From positions 5,979 through 69,978 of the forward strand of contig JBNKTL010000013.1 of the NCBI GenBank assembly GCA_050298055.1: a stretch of DNA of 64,000 nt, in the 5' to 3' direction. The notes under the pieces are model-generated. The model had not been told where the DNA came from, made no database searches, and saw nothing but the letters and a program-made list of their open reading frames with translations. Source of the stretch: Spirochaetota bacterium (GTDB taxonomy: Bacteria > Spirochaetota > UBA4802 > UBA5550). The position numbers and the translations under genes were made by a program. Below are positions 32,066 through 41,982 of the stretch, piece after piece (within the stretch, counting starts at the first letter, position 1; every line of letters begins with the position of its first letter).

Positions 32066-32097
32066 CCGAAGGCGGGGTCACGTGACCCCGCCTTCGG
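32066..32097. repeat. Perfect 32-bp REP palindrome (family E)
   Basis: CCGAAGGCGGGGTCACGTGACCCCGCCTTCGG. Confidence 0.9.
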
Positions 32098-32722
32098 CCC
32101 GAATGTCAAATATCATCTTCAGGCCTATGAGCAGGATAAGAAAACCCACAGGTCCCCGGAAAATTATCACAAAGAACCCTCCCAGGATCACCAGGAGCTG
32201 CTGAATGGCCACACGCTTATAGGGAGCCATCATCAGCTCCGCGGGAGCGGTTCTTTTATACTCCTCCTTTCCCATATAATTTTTTTTGTAGGAATAGTAG
32301 TGGCTGAAGATGATTGCCAGCAGGTTTATGATAAAATCAAAGCTGAGAAAATTCCCGGGACCATACTCAGCTCTCAACAGGTGATTTGCCACCAGGACGA
32401 AAACATAGGTCTGCGCAATAACAAATCCGCCGTAGTGGGCAATGAAAAAGGGGACCAGGACAATCTTCATCATGAAGGTGTCCTCCCCGTATGAACCGAG
32501 CTGCAGCAGGCGCCCCGTGAGACTGTCCGAAAACTCCCGGGACATTCTTCCCTGGGCCTTTACCATCCTGGCGGCATTGAATGCTCCGATCACAAGGGAT
32601 TCCATACAGTAAAAGACCACAAGTATGACCGCGTCCCACTGCAGAAAGAGGACCCCTGCCAGGGGGAAGAGGTTGGCTGCCAGAAGCATGAGGACCGAAT
32701 TGTTTTTGTTACTATGTGACAT
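32078..32722 (-). CDS. Membrane protein, DUF6498-like
   Basis: ANLFPLAGVLFLQW, YCMESLVIG, FFIAHYGGF, PYKRV. Confidence 0.7.
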   Translation of the reverse strand: MSHSNKNNSVLMLLAANLFPLAGVLFLQWDAVILVVFYCMESLVIGAFNAARMVKAQGRMSREFSDSLTGRLLQLGSYGEDTFMMKIVLVPFFIAHYGGFVIAQTYVFVLVANHLLRAEYGPGNFLSFDFIINLLAIIFSHYYSYKKNYMGKEEYKRTAPAELMMAPYKRVAIQQLLVILGGFFVIIFRGPVGFLILLIGLKMIFDIRAEGGVT

Positions 32723-33024
32723 TTTTCATAAACACCGGTAAAATCTCATTATTGTTTCTTTCGAAGTTTTTTCAACCGATATTTGTCTTTTAGGTCTTTG
32801 TCATCTCATATTTCCATATTAAATTCCATTTTCTTTGTCCAATTTTCCAATTGACATACATTAATTCATTAAAGAGATCGGTGTTGACAGAAATAAAAAT
32901 TTCGAAAGACATCCGGAAAAGAACAGAAAATATTAAAAAACATCAGCTATTATCTGCATTTTCAATTTTTTTTCTCATTAATTTTGTCGCACCGGTACAA
33001 CAATTTACAATTGAAGTAAAAACT

Positions 33025-33339
33025 ATGGCAAGAAATGATTATATAATAGAAAAACCTGATAGCAGTGATGTTAAAGAATTTGACTCTCTAATAAAAAAAG
33101 TATTGCTGGCAAAGAGAAAAATAGAAGACGGATTTTTAGAGTTGGCTGAAAGCATCTTTTATATTAATAAAAAGAAATTATATAAATTACATTATAAAAC
33201 TTTTAGTGAATTTTGTGAAGAAGGTCTTGGTTTTTCAAGACAAACAATATATGTTTATCTTGGGATTTTAAAATTAATTACTACATATCCAGATCATTTT
33301 CCGAGAAAAAAAGCAATTGAATTTGGACATAAAAAATGA
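33025..33339 (+). CDS. Small DNA-binding/partition-like protein, possibly truncated by a frameshift
   Basis: FLELAESIFYINKKKLYK..YKTFSEFCEEGLGFSRQTIY pattern; AT-rich; ATG at 33025. Confidence 0.55.
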   Translation: MARNDYIIEKPDSSDVKEFDSLIKKVLLAKRKIEDGFLELAESIFYINKKKLYKLHYKTFSEFCEEGLGFSRQTIYVYLGILKLITTYPDHFPRKKAIEFGHKK

Positions 33340-33385
33340 GATATATTACTGAAGCATTTATTGAAGATGTAATTGAAGAATTATA

Positions 33386-33411
33386 AAAATGTCGCACCGG
33401 TGCGACATTTT
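33386..33411. repeat. Perfect 26-bp palindrome; imperfect copy at 32985-33002
   Basis: AAAATGTCGCACCGGTGCGACATTTT versus TGTCGCACCGGTACAACA. Confidence 0.85.
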
Positions 33412-33550
33412 ATCCTTTATCAACATTCATTTTATCCACTAAATTCAGAAAAAAACTTGTCACAACAAACCTTATGTTAATCCTGTAACAATTATTGATG
33501 TCTTCCCGCTGCCGTTGGTGTCGGGAAGACAAAATTAAGAATTTACAAAC

Positions 33551-35767
33551 ATGAACATATACGAAAACCTCAACAAAAACCAGAAGGAAGCGGTACTCCA
33601 CACTGAGGGCCCTCTCCTCATTCTCGCAGGGGCGGGATCGGGAAAGACCCGGGTCATTACCCACAGGATAGCCCATCTCATCGGGGAGAAAAATATCAGC
33701 CCCTCCAGTATCTTCGCCGTAACCTTCACCAACAAGGCCGCGGAAGAGATGAGAAACCGTGTGACAGGTCTTATCGGCGACGCGGGAAGACATGTTTTCA
33801 TCAGGACCTTCCATTCGGCATCGGTCTACATCCTGAGGCATTTCGGGGACAGGATCGGCATCCCCCGGACCTTCACCATCTACGACTCCGCGGACCAGCA
33901 GGCCGTCATCAAGGAGATCCTCCTTAACATGAAGATAGACCCTAAAAAGATCAAGCCCTCCATGATAAACGGGAAGATATCGGAGATCAAGAACAAGCAT
34001 GCCCTGACCGATGAATCAAACCTTCACCTCCACTTTCCCGATTTTTACATGTTCGATTTCCAGGAGGTCTACAAGAGGTATAACATCGGGCTGGAAAAGC
34101 AGAACGCCCTGGACTTCGACGACCTCCTGATCAAGACAGTCAGGCTCTTCAGGGACTCGCCGGAGGTCCTGCGGCACCTGCAGAGAAGGTGGAGGTACCT
34201 CATGGTGGACGAGTACCAGGACACCAACTTCGCCCAGTATCTCATCGCCAAGTACCTGGCTTCCGCCGAACGGAATATCTGTGTGGTGGGGGACGATGAC
34301 CAGTCCATCTACTCCTGGAGAGGGGCGGACATCCGGAACATCCTCAACTTCGAGAACGACTACAACGAAGCAAAGGTCATAACCCTGGAAGAGAACTACC
34401 GCTCAACGGAACCGATCCTGAAAGTCGCTTCCCATGTGATCCGGAACAACATGAACAGGAAGGAGAAGAACCTCCGGGCCTTTAAGGGAGAGGGTGAACT
34501 TCCCGTATGGTGTGAGACTAATAACGAATACGGGGAAGCGGAATACGTGGTCAACTCAATACTCTCCTTCAAAAACCGGGAGGGGTTGAAGAACAGCGAT
34601 TTTGCTGTTTTCTACCGGACCAATGCCCAGTCCCGGGTCTTTGAAGACTTCCTCAGAAAGGAGAATCTCCCCTATAAAATTATCGGGGGCCTCAGGTTCT
34701 ACGACAGGAAGGAGATCAAGGACATCCTGGCCTACCTCAAGTTCATCTCCAACCCCGCGGACACGGTTTCCCTGAACAGGATCATCAACACGCCCTCACG
34801 GGGCATCGGGAACGCTACCATGGACAAGGTTAAAAACGCGTCCGTTGTAAAGTCCCTTACGCCCTGGGAGATCATCCGGGGAGAGCACCTTGAAGGGAAG
34901 GTCACCAAAGGGCTTAAAAACTTCAGGGAGATCATCAACAAGGCCCATACCCTGCTGAAAGATGTACCGGGAAAAATGAAACTCTCACGTTTTGTCAACG
35001 AAGTCATGGATATCTCAGGGTACCGTGACAGCCTCAAAGAGGAGAACTCCATCGAGGCCAATACCCGCCTTGAGAATATGGACGAACTCCTCAACAGCAT
35101 TATCGATTTTGAAATACACGATCCCGAAGCGGGCCTTGACCATCTCCTCCAGGAGGTCTCCCTCTATACATCTGAGGAGAATCCCCGGGAGGAGATCGAC
35201 AACGCGGCAAATTTTGTCACGCTGATGACGGTCCACAACGCCAAGGGCCTGGAGTTCCCGGTGGTCTTTCTCTCGGGCCTGGAGGAGAATACCTTTCCTC
35301 ATAAGTTCTCCATGGATACGGAGGAGGACCTGGAGGAAGAGAGAAGGCTCTTCTACGTGGGTGTCACCCGGGCAATGGAGAGGGTCATTCTCACCAGCTC
35401 CGAGATAAGAAGGTCCTTTATGGGAGTGGATTACCGGGAAGCATCACGGTTTATCGGGGAGATCCCGGAAGATCTCATTGAGATGAAGCGTTTCTCCTCA
35501 GGGGGATATTCCGAAAACGGCGGCAGCAGTTTCAGGGAGAGGAGCTTCAGGGAAACTCCACGGGAAAGGAACGATTTCGGGGAAAAGGATATTCCCGTTT
35601 CAGATTCGGATTTCAGGGTAAAGGAGAGGGTCCTTCATCCGAAATACGGGATGGGGCGGATAATCAGGATCGAGGGGAGCGGTGACAACGTCAAACTTAC
35701 CATCCTCTTCGGCTCTTCGTCCAAGGTGTTCCTTGAAAAATATACTCCCCTTGAGAAGATTAGTTAA
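33551..35767 (+). CDS. pcrA: ATP-dependent DNA helicase PcrA/UvrD
   Basis: AGAGSGKT, VDEYQDTN, MTVHNAKGLEF, C-terminal Tudor-like HPKYGMG. Confidence 0.95.
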   Translation: MNIYENLNKNQKEAVLHTEGPLLILAGAGSGKTRVITHRIAHLIGEKNISPSSIFAVTFTNKAAEEMRNRVTGLIGDAGRHVFIRTFHSASVYILRHFGDRIGIPRTFTIYDSADQQAVIKEILLNMKIDPKKIKPSMINGKISEIKNKHALTDESNLHLHFPDFYMFDFQEVYKRYNIGLEKQNALDFDDLLIKTVRLFRDSPEVLRHLQRRWRYLMVDEYQDTNFAQYLIAKYLASAERNICVVGDDDQSIYSWRGADIRNILNFENDYNEAKVITLEENYRSTEPILKVASHVIRNNMNRKEKNLRAFKGEGELPVWCETNNEYGEAEYVVNSILSFKNREGLKNSDFAVFYRTNAQSRVFEDFLRKENLPYKIIGGLRFYDRKEIKDILAYLKFISNPADTVSLNRIINTPSRGIGNATMDKVKNASVVKSLTPWEIIRGEHLEGKVTKGLKNFREIINKAHTLLKDVPGKMKLSRFVNEVMDISGYRDSLKEENSIEANTRLENMDELLNSIIDFEIHDPEAGLDHLLQEVSLYTSEENPREEIDNAANFVTLMTVHNAKGLEFPVVFLSGLEENTFPHKFSMDTEEDLEEERRLFYVGVTRAMERVILTSSEIRRSFMGVDYREASRFIGEIPEDLIEMKRFSSGGYSENGGSSFRERSFRETPRERNDFGEKDIPVSDSDFRVKERVLHPKYGMGRIIRIEGSGDNVKLTILFGSSSKVFLEKYTPLEKIS

Positions 35768-35839
35768 AGTTCTCCGCCATTTTAATCGAAATAGAGAACA
35801 GCCGGTCATACACCAGAAAATTCCCCGCTGGAGAAGATC

Positions 35840-36643
35840 ATGAAGAAACTGATACTTTTCATCCTGATTATAATCACTCCCCTCTGTAAAACACCCAGGA
35901 AGGAGGCAGCCGTAAGTGAAAAACCTCGCAGGGACATCATTGTCCACAATCTCAAGGACTTCTTTGTAAGGTGCGAGCAGGATGTTCTGAGGGCAAAGAA
36001 GGTCATCGTGGATGAGGATATCGTGAAAAACCTCTCTCATCTTCTCAGGATGGATAACGGCGGGAAAAAATTCTATATTCTCGAACGGGAGAATATAACC
36101 AGGATGATCAGGTCCGTTACCAGGGGCGTCTACACGGATTTCATACTCATAAACCGTAAGGGCGTGGTCATCTATACGGCGGTGAACAACGATATCTTCG
36201 GAAAAAACGTCAGGTCCCATCTGAAGAGTACTCCCCTCTTTCACTGCTACAACAACATAAAGGAAGGGATCTACTTTCACGACATATCAACACTCTCCCC
36301 GGAGATCGAGAGAAACTCGCTCTTTGTGGCAATAAAGGCAAAGGGGGGGATATCCTTCCCGGGCCTCTTTGTGCTTCAGGTGAGCACCGGAAAACTTACA
36401 GGCTACATGGAGAGGGGAAGCTTTGCCTTAAGCATGGACGGGGTCTACAGGCTCTCCCGGGACCCCGAAAAGATCCAGTCATCATATGAAGACTTCAATT
36501 TCATGAACCTCTCCGGTCACGCTCCGGGGAGTACCGCGCATACATATAAAAACAGGAAGGGGATAAAGTTCATCTACCGTCCCTTTACCCACAGGAACAT
36601 CAACTGGATGATCGTCTCGGAGTCCCTGAACGGGAACGGGTGA
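35840..36643 (+). CDS. Exported Cache-domain-like protein with no signalling domain
   Basis: Signal/lipoprotein peptide; YTDFILINRKGVVIYT...DIFGKN resembles dCache. Confidence 0.55.
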   Translation: MKKLILFILIIITPLCKTPRKEAAVSEKPRRDIIVHNLKDFFVRCEQDVLRAKKVIVDEDIVKNLSHLLRMDNGGKKFYILERENITRMIRSVTRGVYTDFILINRKGVVIYTAVNNDIFGKNVRSHLKSTPLFHCYNNIKEGIYFHDISTLSPEIERNSLFVAIKAKGGISFPGLFVLQVSTGKLTGYMERGSFALSMDGVYRLSRDPEKIQSSYEDFNFMNLSGHAPGSTAHTYKNRKGIKFIYRPFTHRNINWMIVSESLNGNG

Positions 36644-36804
36644 TCAAGACCACATATAAGAACAGAGGAACCAGAGACTATATTAATAGTACCAGACCAG
36701 ACAACATTTTTTTTCTCACCAAAACAATTTTTGAAAAAGTTGTTGTATATATTGTAAAATCTACAAAACAATGGATATTACATATTAAATAAAATAATTA
36801 AAAC

Positions 36805-38547
36805 ATGATAACAAGAATTTATATAAAAAATTTCAAAAGGTTTGATGAAGCCAGCATTGATATCGGAAAATCTGTTGTATTAATTGGACCCAACAACTCG
36901 GGGAAAACAACTGCATTACAAGCTTTAGCACTTTGGGAAATTGGATTACGACGTTGGATTGAAAAGCGTCAAGGTAAATCAATAAAAACCCAAAGACAAG
37001 GTGTGGTTATTAACAGACGAGATCTTTCATCTTTACCTGTACCTGTAGCAAACCTGCTTTGGCGTGATTTACATGTCAGAAATGTAGAACGTGACGAAGG
37101 AAAACAAAAAACACAAAATATTCGAATAGATATTCTTGTAGAAGGCATTACCAACGATAAAACTTGGTCATGTGGTTTAGAGTTTGATTATGCCAATGAA
37201 GAATCTTTTTATTGCAGACCTCTTAGATTAAATGATAATGATCCAATAGAGAGAATGCCAATAGCTGAGTCTGCTTTAGAGGTCGAAGTTGCTTTTTTAC
37301 CACCCATGTCTGGATTAGCAGACCGAGAATTTATCAAACAATCAGGAGAAATCAGTGTATTAGTTGGACAAGGACAAACTGCACAAGTTTTACGAAATTT
37401 ATGTTATAGTGTTTGTTACCCAGGAGAATTAATATCACCATCTTCTGAATGGGATGAATTAACACAACATATAATACGCTTATTTGGAATTAAACTTCTT
37501 CCACCAACATTGATACAGGAAAGAAGTGAAATTACAATGCATTATATTGAAGAATCAGGTAAAGGAGTGAAACTTGATCTTTCATCGGCCGGGAGAGGTC
37601 TACAGCAAACTTTATTAATACTTGCTTACTTGTACGCCAACCCAAAAACAGTCTTATTATTGGATGAACCCGATGCTCACCTTGAAGTTTTACGTCAACG
37701 TCAAATTTATCAATTGATAAATGATATTGCTAAAAATAATGGTTCACAAGTAATTGCCGCCAGCCATTCAGAGATAATTTTTAATGAAGCTGCAAATCAA
37801 GGACTCGTTATTGCTTTTGTCGGAAAACCTCATATAATAAATGATCGAGGTTCTCAAGTAATGAAAGCTCTCACCGATTTAGGTTGGGAACAATATTATC
37901 AAGCCGAACAAACTGGTTGGGTACTCTATTTAGAGGGATCGACAGATTTAGCAATTATAAAAACATTTGCTCGAAAATTACAACACCCTGTAGAACAATT
38001 CTTAGATATGGCTTTTGTTCATTATGTTTCTACAAATTTACCACAAAAAGCACGCGATCACTTCTTTGGTCTTTGCGAAGCAAAATCTGATTTAATTGGC
38101 ATAGCTTTGTTTGATAGACTCGATAAAGAATTGAAATCAACTGATCGTTTGATAGAAATTATGTGGGAAAAAAATGAGATTGAAAATTATATTTGCACTA
38201 AAGATATTCTACTCGAATGGGCTGTTCATAATATACCAGATGATTTATTTGGACAAGCGGAGATTCGACATAGGCGAGAAGTGATGCAAAAAGCCATAGA
38301 AGATGTAACTCATTTACTAGAAATTGATGAGAAATCCCCATGGTCAAATGAAGTAAAAGCAACAGATGAAGTTTTAGATCGCATATTCCGTATTTTCTTT
38401 AAAGAGTTAAATTTACCTTTAACATTTCGAAAAGTTGATTATTACAAACTTACAGATTTTATTGGAAAAAATAATATCGATAAAGAAGTTATTGAAAAAC
38501 TCGATTTAATATATTCTGTAGCAAACAAAGCTGTTTCAAAATTTTGA
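36805..38547 (+). CDS. ABC-ATPase + TOPRIM (OLD-like ATP-dependent nuclease)
   Basis: GPNNSGKT, LLLDEPDAHL, ASHS, YLEGSTD, FDRLD, EIENY; AT-rich. Confidence 0.75.
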   Translation: MITRIYIKNFKRFDEASIDIGKSVVLIGPNNSGKTTALQALALWEIGLRRWIEKRQGKSIKTQRQGVVINRRDLSSLPVPVANLLWRDLHVRNVERDEGKQKTQNIRIDILVEGITNDKTWSCGLEFDYANEESFYCRPLRLNDNDPIERMPIAESALEVEVAFLPPMSGLADREFIKQSGEISVLVGQGQTAQVLRNLCYSVCYPGELISPSSEWDELTQHIIRLFGIKLLPPTLIQERSEITMHYIEESGKGVKLDLSSAGRGLQQTLLILAYLYANPKTVLLLDEPDAHLEVLRQRQIYQLINDIAKNNGSQVIAASHSEIIFNEAANQGLVIAFVGKPHIINDRGSQVMKALTDLGWEQYYQAEQTGWVLYLEGSTDLAIIKTFARKLQHPVEQFLDMAFVHYVSTNLPQKARDHFFGLCEAKSDLIGIALFDRLDKELKSTDRLIEIMWEKNEIENYICTKDILLEWAVHNIPDDLFGQAEIRHRREVMQKAIEDVTHLLEIDEKSPWSNEVKATDEVLDRIFRIFFKELNLPLTFRKVDYYKLTDFIGKNNIDKEVIEKLDLIYSVANKAVSKF

Positions 38548-38558
38548 AATATCCTCCA

Positions 38559-38969
38559 TCAGCCCAGGTTGTCGCCCTTTGAACTCATGCTGAGGCTGGA
38601 ATTCTTCACGCCCCGAAGGACCTTGAGTTTCTGGGAGAGCTCCTGAACCCGGGTGGAGGTCCCTTTGACGATGATCACTTCCAGGCAGTTGTCATGGTCA
38701 ACATGGATATGGGTGGAGGAAACAATAAATGAATGGTAGTCGTGCTGGAGTTCGGTTATCTTCTCCTGGATGTTATGGAGATGGTGGTCGAAAACCAGTG
38801 TAATGACACCGAAAACCTCCCTGTCCTCAGTCCACTCATCCAGAACAAGGGCGTCACGGATCAGGTCCCTGATGGCCTCGGAGCGGTTCATGTAGCTCTT
38901 CTTTCCGATATAGCTGTCAAACTTATCCAGCAGACTCTCTTCAAGTGATATGGAAAAACGCTTTAACAT
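38559..38969 (-). CDS. nikR: Nickel-responsive regulator NikR
   Basis: RFSISL, NRSEAIRDLIR, HIHVDHDNCLE. Confidence 0.95.
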   Translation of the reverse strand: MLKRFSISLEESLLDKFDSYIGKKSYMNRSEAIRDLIRDALVLDEWTEDREVFGVITLVFDHHLHNIQEKITELQHDYHSFIVSSTHIHVDHDNCLEVIIVKGTSTRVQELSQKLKVLRGVKNSSLSMSSKGDNLG

Positions 38970-39038
38970 TTGGTTACCACAAATCGTAATTTTGTATTTC
39001 TCTCATCCATTCCCTCTTTTTGTCAACGACAAATATAT

Positions 39039-39806
39039 TTAACTCTGTGAAAAGATCATGGCCGCGCCGTAGGCCACGGTAAATTGAGGGGACGGCAACA
39101 CATGAACATGTGTAAGCAGTTCATTTTCAATGCACCGGACCAGTCCCGGGTTCATGGCAGGCCCCCCGTCAATATAGATATTTTCACCAAGGTCCATATT
39201 CCCGATCATGTTCACAACCCGTTTTGCCACGGATTCATGGAGCCCTTTGATGATTTTCTCTTTACCCGTTCCCTCCGCCAGAAGCGACACGATTTCACTT
39301 TCCGCGAAAACCACGCAGGTACTGTTTATTGAAACAGATGAACCGGGATTCAGGCTTAAATCCCCGAACCGGGAAAGGGGTGTATCGATAATTCTGGCCG
39401 CTATTTCAAAAAACCTGCCGGTCCCGGCGGCACATTTATCGTTCATTTTAAAGTCCGCCACCTTCCCCCCGGGAGAGATCCTGATGACTTTGACGTCCTG
39501 GCCGCCGATATTAATGATCGTGTGGGCCTTTTGACCGCTCAGGAGATATGCCCCGCAGGCGTTGGCGGATATTTCATCCACAACATTGTCCGTGCCGGCG
39601 ATGAGCTTTCTCCCGTAACCGGTGGCAAAAATATTTTCCACGCATGACCTCTCCCGGGAAAGTTCCCGGAGCCCTTCGGATATCATTTTTTCAACAAGCT
39701 CCCCCTGGCCGGGAATTGTGGGAGAGACCTCTTCCCTGAGGATCTCACCATCCCGGATAAACACCATCTTTACGGCAGTGCTTCCAATATCAACACCTAT
39801 CTTCAA
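39039..39806 (-). CDS. ATP-dependent activase (HgdC/BadF; DCCP-reductase type)
   Basis: GVDIGSTAVK, ATGYGR, IGGQDVK, MNDKCAAGTGRF, STCVVFAESE. Confidence 0.92.
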   Translation of the reverse strand: MKIGVDIGSTAVKMVFIRDGEILREEVSPTIPGQGELVEKMISEGLRELSRERSCVENIFATGYGRKLIAGTDNVVDEISANACGAYLLSGQKAHTIINIGGQDVKVIRISPGGKVADFKMNDKCAAGTGRFFEIAARIIDTPLSRFGDLSLNPGSSVSINSTCVVFAESEIVSLLAEGTGKEKIIKGLHESVAKRVVNMIGNMDLGENIYIDGGPAMNPGLVRCIENELLTHVHVLPSPQFTVAYGAAMIFSQS

Positions 39807-39824
39807 ACTGTCTTTCCTCCTTCT

Positions 39825-41051
39825 TTACAGGGTATTTTTAAATGCTTCAAGACGCGTCAGGAGACCCTGACTGTCTTCCTCCACGTAATCGGTTTCAATC
39901 TTTATAAACTTGTACCCGCGCTCTTTCAGTTCTTTTTCAAGAGAGTAACTTTCAATATCATAGGGATGGCATCCTTTCAGCACATGGTAGATAACACCGT
40001 TGATGTCATGATTTTGCAGGGTATTTAAAATTCCTTTGAGCCGGTGGTCGTTGTCCGCGTAGGTGGGACAGATACACGCTTTATGGTACCTGTGAGCAAG
40101 GGCTTTCATGAGGCCCTGTTCCGATGTATCATCGTAACATGCCCCCCCGGGGAATATCCGCTCCGAGGAACAGAGATCGTCCGCGGCAACAGACATACCC
40201 GCTTTTTCAACGAGAGAAAGAAGTTTCAGGTTCGGGAAAACAACCGGCGCCCCCGTAAGAAAGACCCCGGGGGTGTCCGGTTGACTTTTTTCAGTTTTTA
40301 ACCGTTCAATCACGGGCCTGCAATTTCCCGTCCAGGTTTCGATATTTTCAAAGGGGAAGACGTTGGCAATTATTGTAAAGAGCAAAGCGGAGATCTTTTT
40401 CTCTCTTCTCAGTTCAATGAGTTCATTAAAGTCCTTCCATGCGGCAAGGTACCTGTTGAGCGAATGCAGCATTTCTCTGCGCCTGACTCTTTTACCCGTT
40501 ATTCTTTCAAAGAGTTTTTTTAATTCAAAAAGTTCCTGCAGCCAGCGGGACTCCCCTTTCTCACTCTGTTTCATATGGGGGAGCTCAAGGAAATGAATTT
40601 TTTCCCTGTCACAGTCCGCAAGCTCCGGGAATTTCACCACCCAGTCGCATGTTGTGGGGAGTATGATTCTTTCAAAAAGATTTTTATACGAATCATGACT
40701 CTTTAATATTCCCATTGTGGATTTAATCACCGGGCATGTGAGCGCGGGCAATGTTGAAGCGGAGAGGAGCTGGGCGGCATGAGAACCGCCGCATAATTTG
40801 AAAGGCTGAAGATCAAACATATGAAAAAGTTCATGAGGTGACTGAATGCAGAAAAAACCCACAAAGGGCCGCCCGGTCCTCTCCCTGATCTTTTCGGGAA
40901 AGAGGGAATCCGCAACCGTATCAAGGAAGGGGTCCAGTTCATGGATATAGTCAGGCCTGGATTTCAAAGAATCAATCCGGGAATCACACTCCCTTTTCAT
41001 CAGTTCATTGGCATTCTCCAGCAGTCTGGAATGTCTTTTATTTTTTCCCAT
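39825..41051 (-). CDS. 2-hydroxyacyl-CoA dehydratase-family / double-cubane-cluster reductase
   Basis: FFC, LCGG, CPVIK, TTCD, DLCS, CICP, GCHPYDIE, KIETDY...TRLEAF. Confidence 0.85.
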   Translation of the reverse strand: MGKNKRHSRLLENANELMKRECDSRIDSLKSRPDYIHELDPFLDTVADSLFPEKIRERTGRPFVGFFCIQSPHELFHMFDLQPFKLCGGSHAAQLLSASTLPALTCPVIKSTMGILKSHDSYKNLFERIILPTTCDWVVKFPELADCDREKIHFLELPHMKQSEKGESRWLQELFELKKLFERITGKRVRRREMLHSLNRYLAAWKDFNELIELRREKKISALLFTIIANVFPFENIETWTGNCRPVIERLKTEKSQPDTPGVFLTGAPVVFPNLKLLSLVEKAGMSVAADDLCSSERIFPGGACYDDTSEQGLMKALAHRYHKACICPTYADNDHRLKGILNTLQNHDINGVIYHVLKGCHPYDIESYSLEKELKERGYKFIKIETDYVEEDSQGLLTRLEAFKNTL

Positions 41052-41982
41052 GCAGCCTTCCCCACTTTTGAGCAACGTATTTTTTTGAAGAACTGAATAT
41101 CCTGAAGTTCAAAAACTTTATCTGCAGAACATTGTCCCCTGGACATGATTCGGCGCACTTCATGCAGAGCATGCAGTCGTCTTTCATGACGTCCTTTCTC
41201 TTTTTTTCAAGATAGACCTCTTTGATGTCAACGGGACACATCCGCTGGCAGTTTCCGCAGCCGAGACAGGTCCCTATGGATTTTTCAAAACGCACAAACC
41301 CGATCTTTTTGAAGATATGCATCAGGGCCAGCAGGGGACAGAACATGCAGAAAAACCTGTCTTTAAAAAAGATCCCGATGACCATGCTGCCGGTAATGAC
41401 CAGGGAAAGGACCGTAAAGGAGAGGGTAATTGAATTTGTAAAATCCAGTGAAAGATATTTTGTTTCTCCCGCAAAGAGGGGCAGGAGGGGCTTTGCCGGG
41501 CAGATCTGGCAGAAGGGGAGAGCAAAATCAGTGTGGAGCCCGAAATTCGCGATAAAAACAGGGATGAGAATCAGGACTGCCAGTAAAATGTACTTGATAA
41601 TCTTCAACCTCTCCCGTGTTGCCCGGGAAAATCCCGACTCCCTTATCCCCAGCTTCCTTCTCAAAGCCGTGAACCAGTCCTGCAGTGTGCCAAAGGGACA
41701 GACCCAGCCGCACCAGGTTTTAGAGAAGGGGACAAAGAGCAGAATAAAAAACAGAAATACCAGCAGGGCATTGAGTCCCCATTGCGTAAAGAAATCGGGA
41801 AACGCCAGCCCAAACCCCATACGGTTCTGCAGTGCCATAAGATAGCAGTGCCCCGCGCACCCGCCCACATAGGGACAGGCGAAACAGGGCAGCGAATGAC
41901 CCAGGCGTATCCCCAGCCGTCCCCCGTACATGAGAATGATGAAGAAAAAATTCTGTATATAAAACCGTAATTTTCCGACCAT
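41038..41982 (-). CDS. Membrane 4Fe-4S binding protein (NapH/FixG-like)
   Basis: WCGWVCPFG, FCQICP, FCMFCP, CLGCGNCQRMCP, CMLCMKCAESCP. Confidence 0.88.
   Translation of the reverse strand: MVGKLRFYIQNFFFIILMYGGRLGIRLGHSLPCFACPYVGGCAGHCYLMALQNRMGFGLAFPDFFTQWGLNALLVFLFFILLFVPFSKTWCGWVCPFGTLQDWFTALRRKLGIRESGFSRATRERLKIIKYILLAVLILIPVFIANFGLHTDFALPFCQICPAKPLLPLFAGETKYLSLDFTNSITLSFTVLSLVITGSMVIGIFFKDRFFCMFCPLLALMHIFKKIGFVRFEKSIGTCLGCGNCQRMCPVDIKEVYLEKKRKDVMKDDCMLCMKCAESCPGDNVLQIKFLNFRIFSSSKKYVAQKWGRLHGKK

Noticed and set aside
33551..38547. UvrD helicase near an OLD-like nuclease as a Gabija system
   Set aside because: The helicase is a full-length housekeeping PcrA with a C-terminal Tudor-like domain and host-like composition. 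It lies upstream of the nuclease and is separated from it by another gene.
38970..39030. NikR operator upstream of nikR
   Set aside because: Only a weak dyad is visible. A minus-strand TTGACA suggests nikR may have its own promoter, but no operator can be supported.
39039..41051. Classical 2-hydroxyglutaryl-CoA dehydratase or benzoyl-CoA reductase pathway
   Set aside because: Only one dehydratase-family subunit is present, with no CoA-transferase or other pathway genes nearby.
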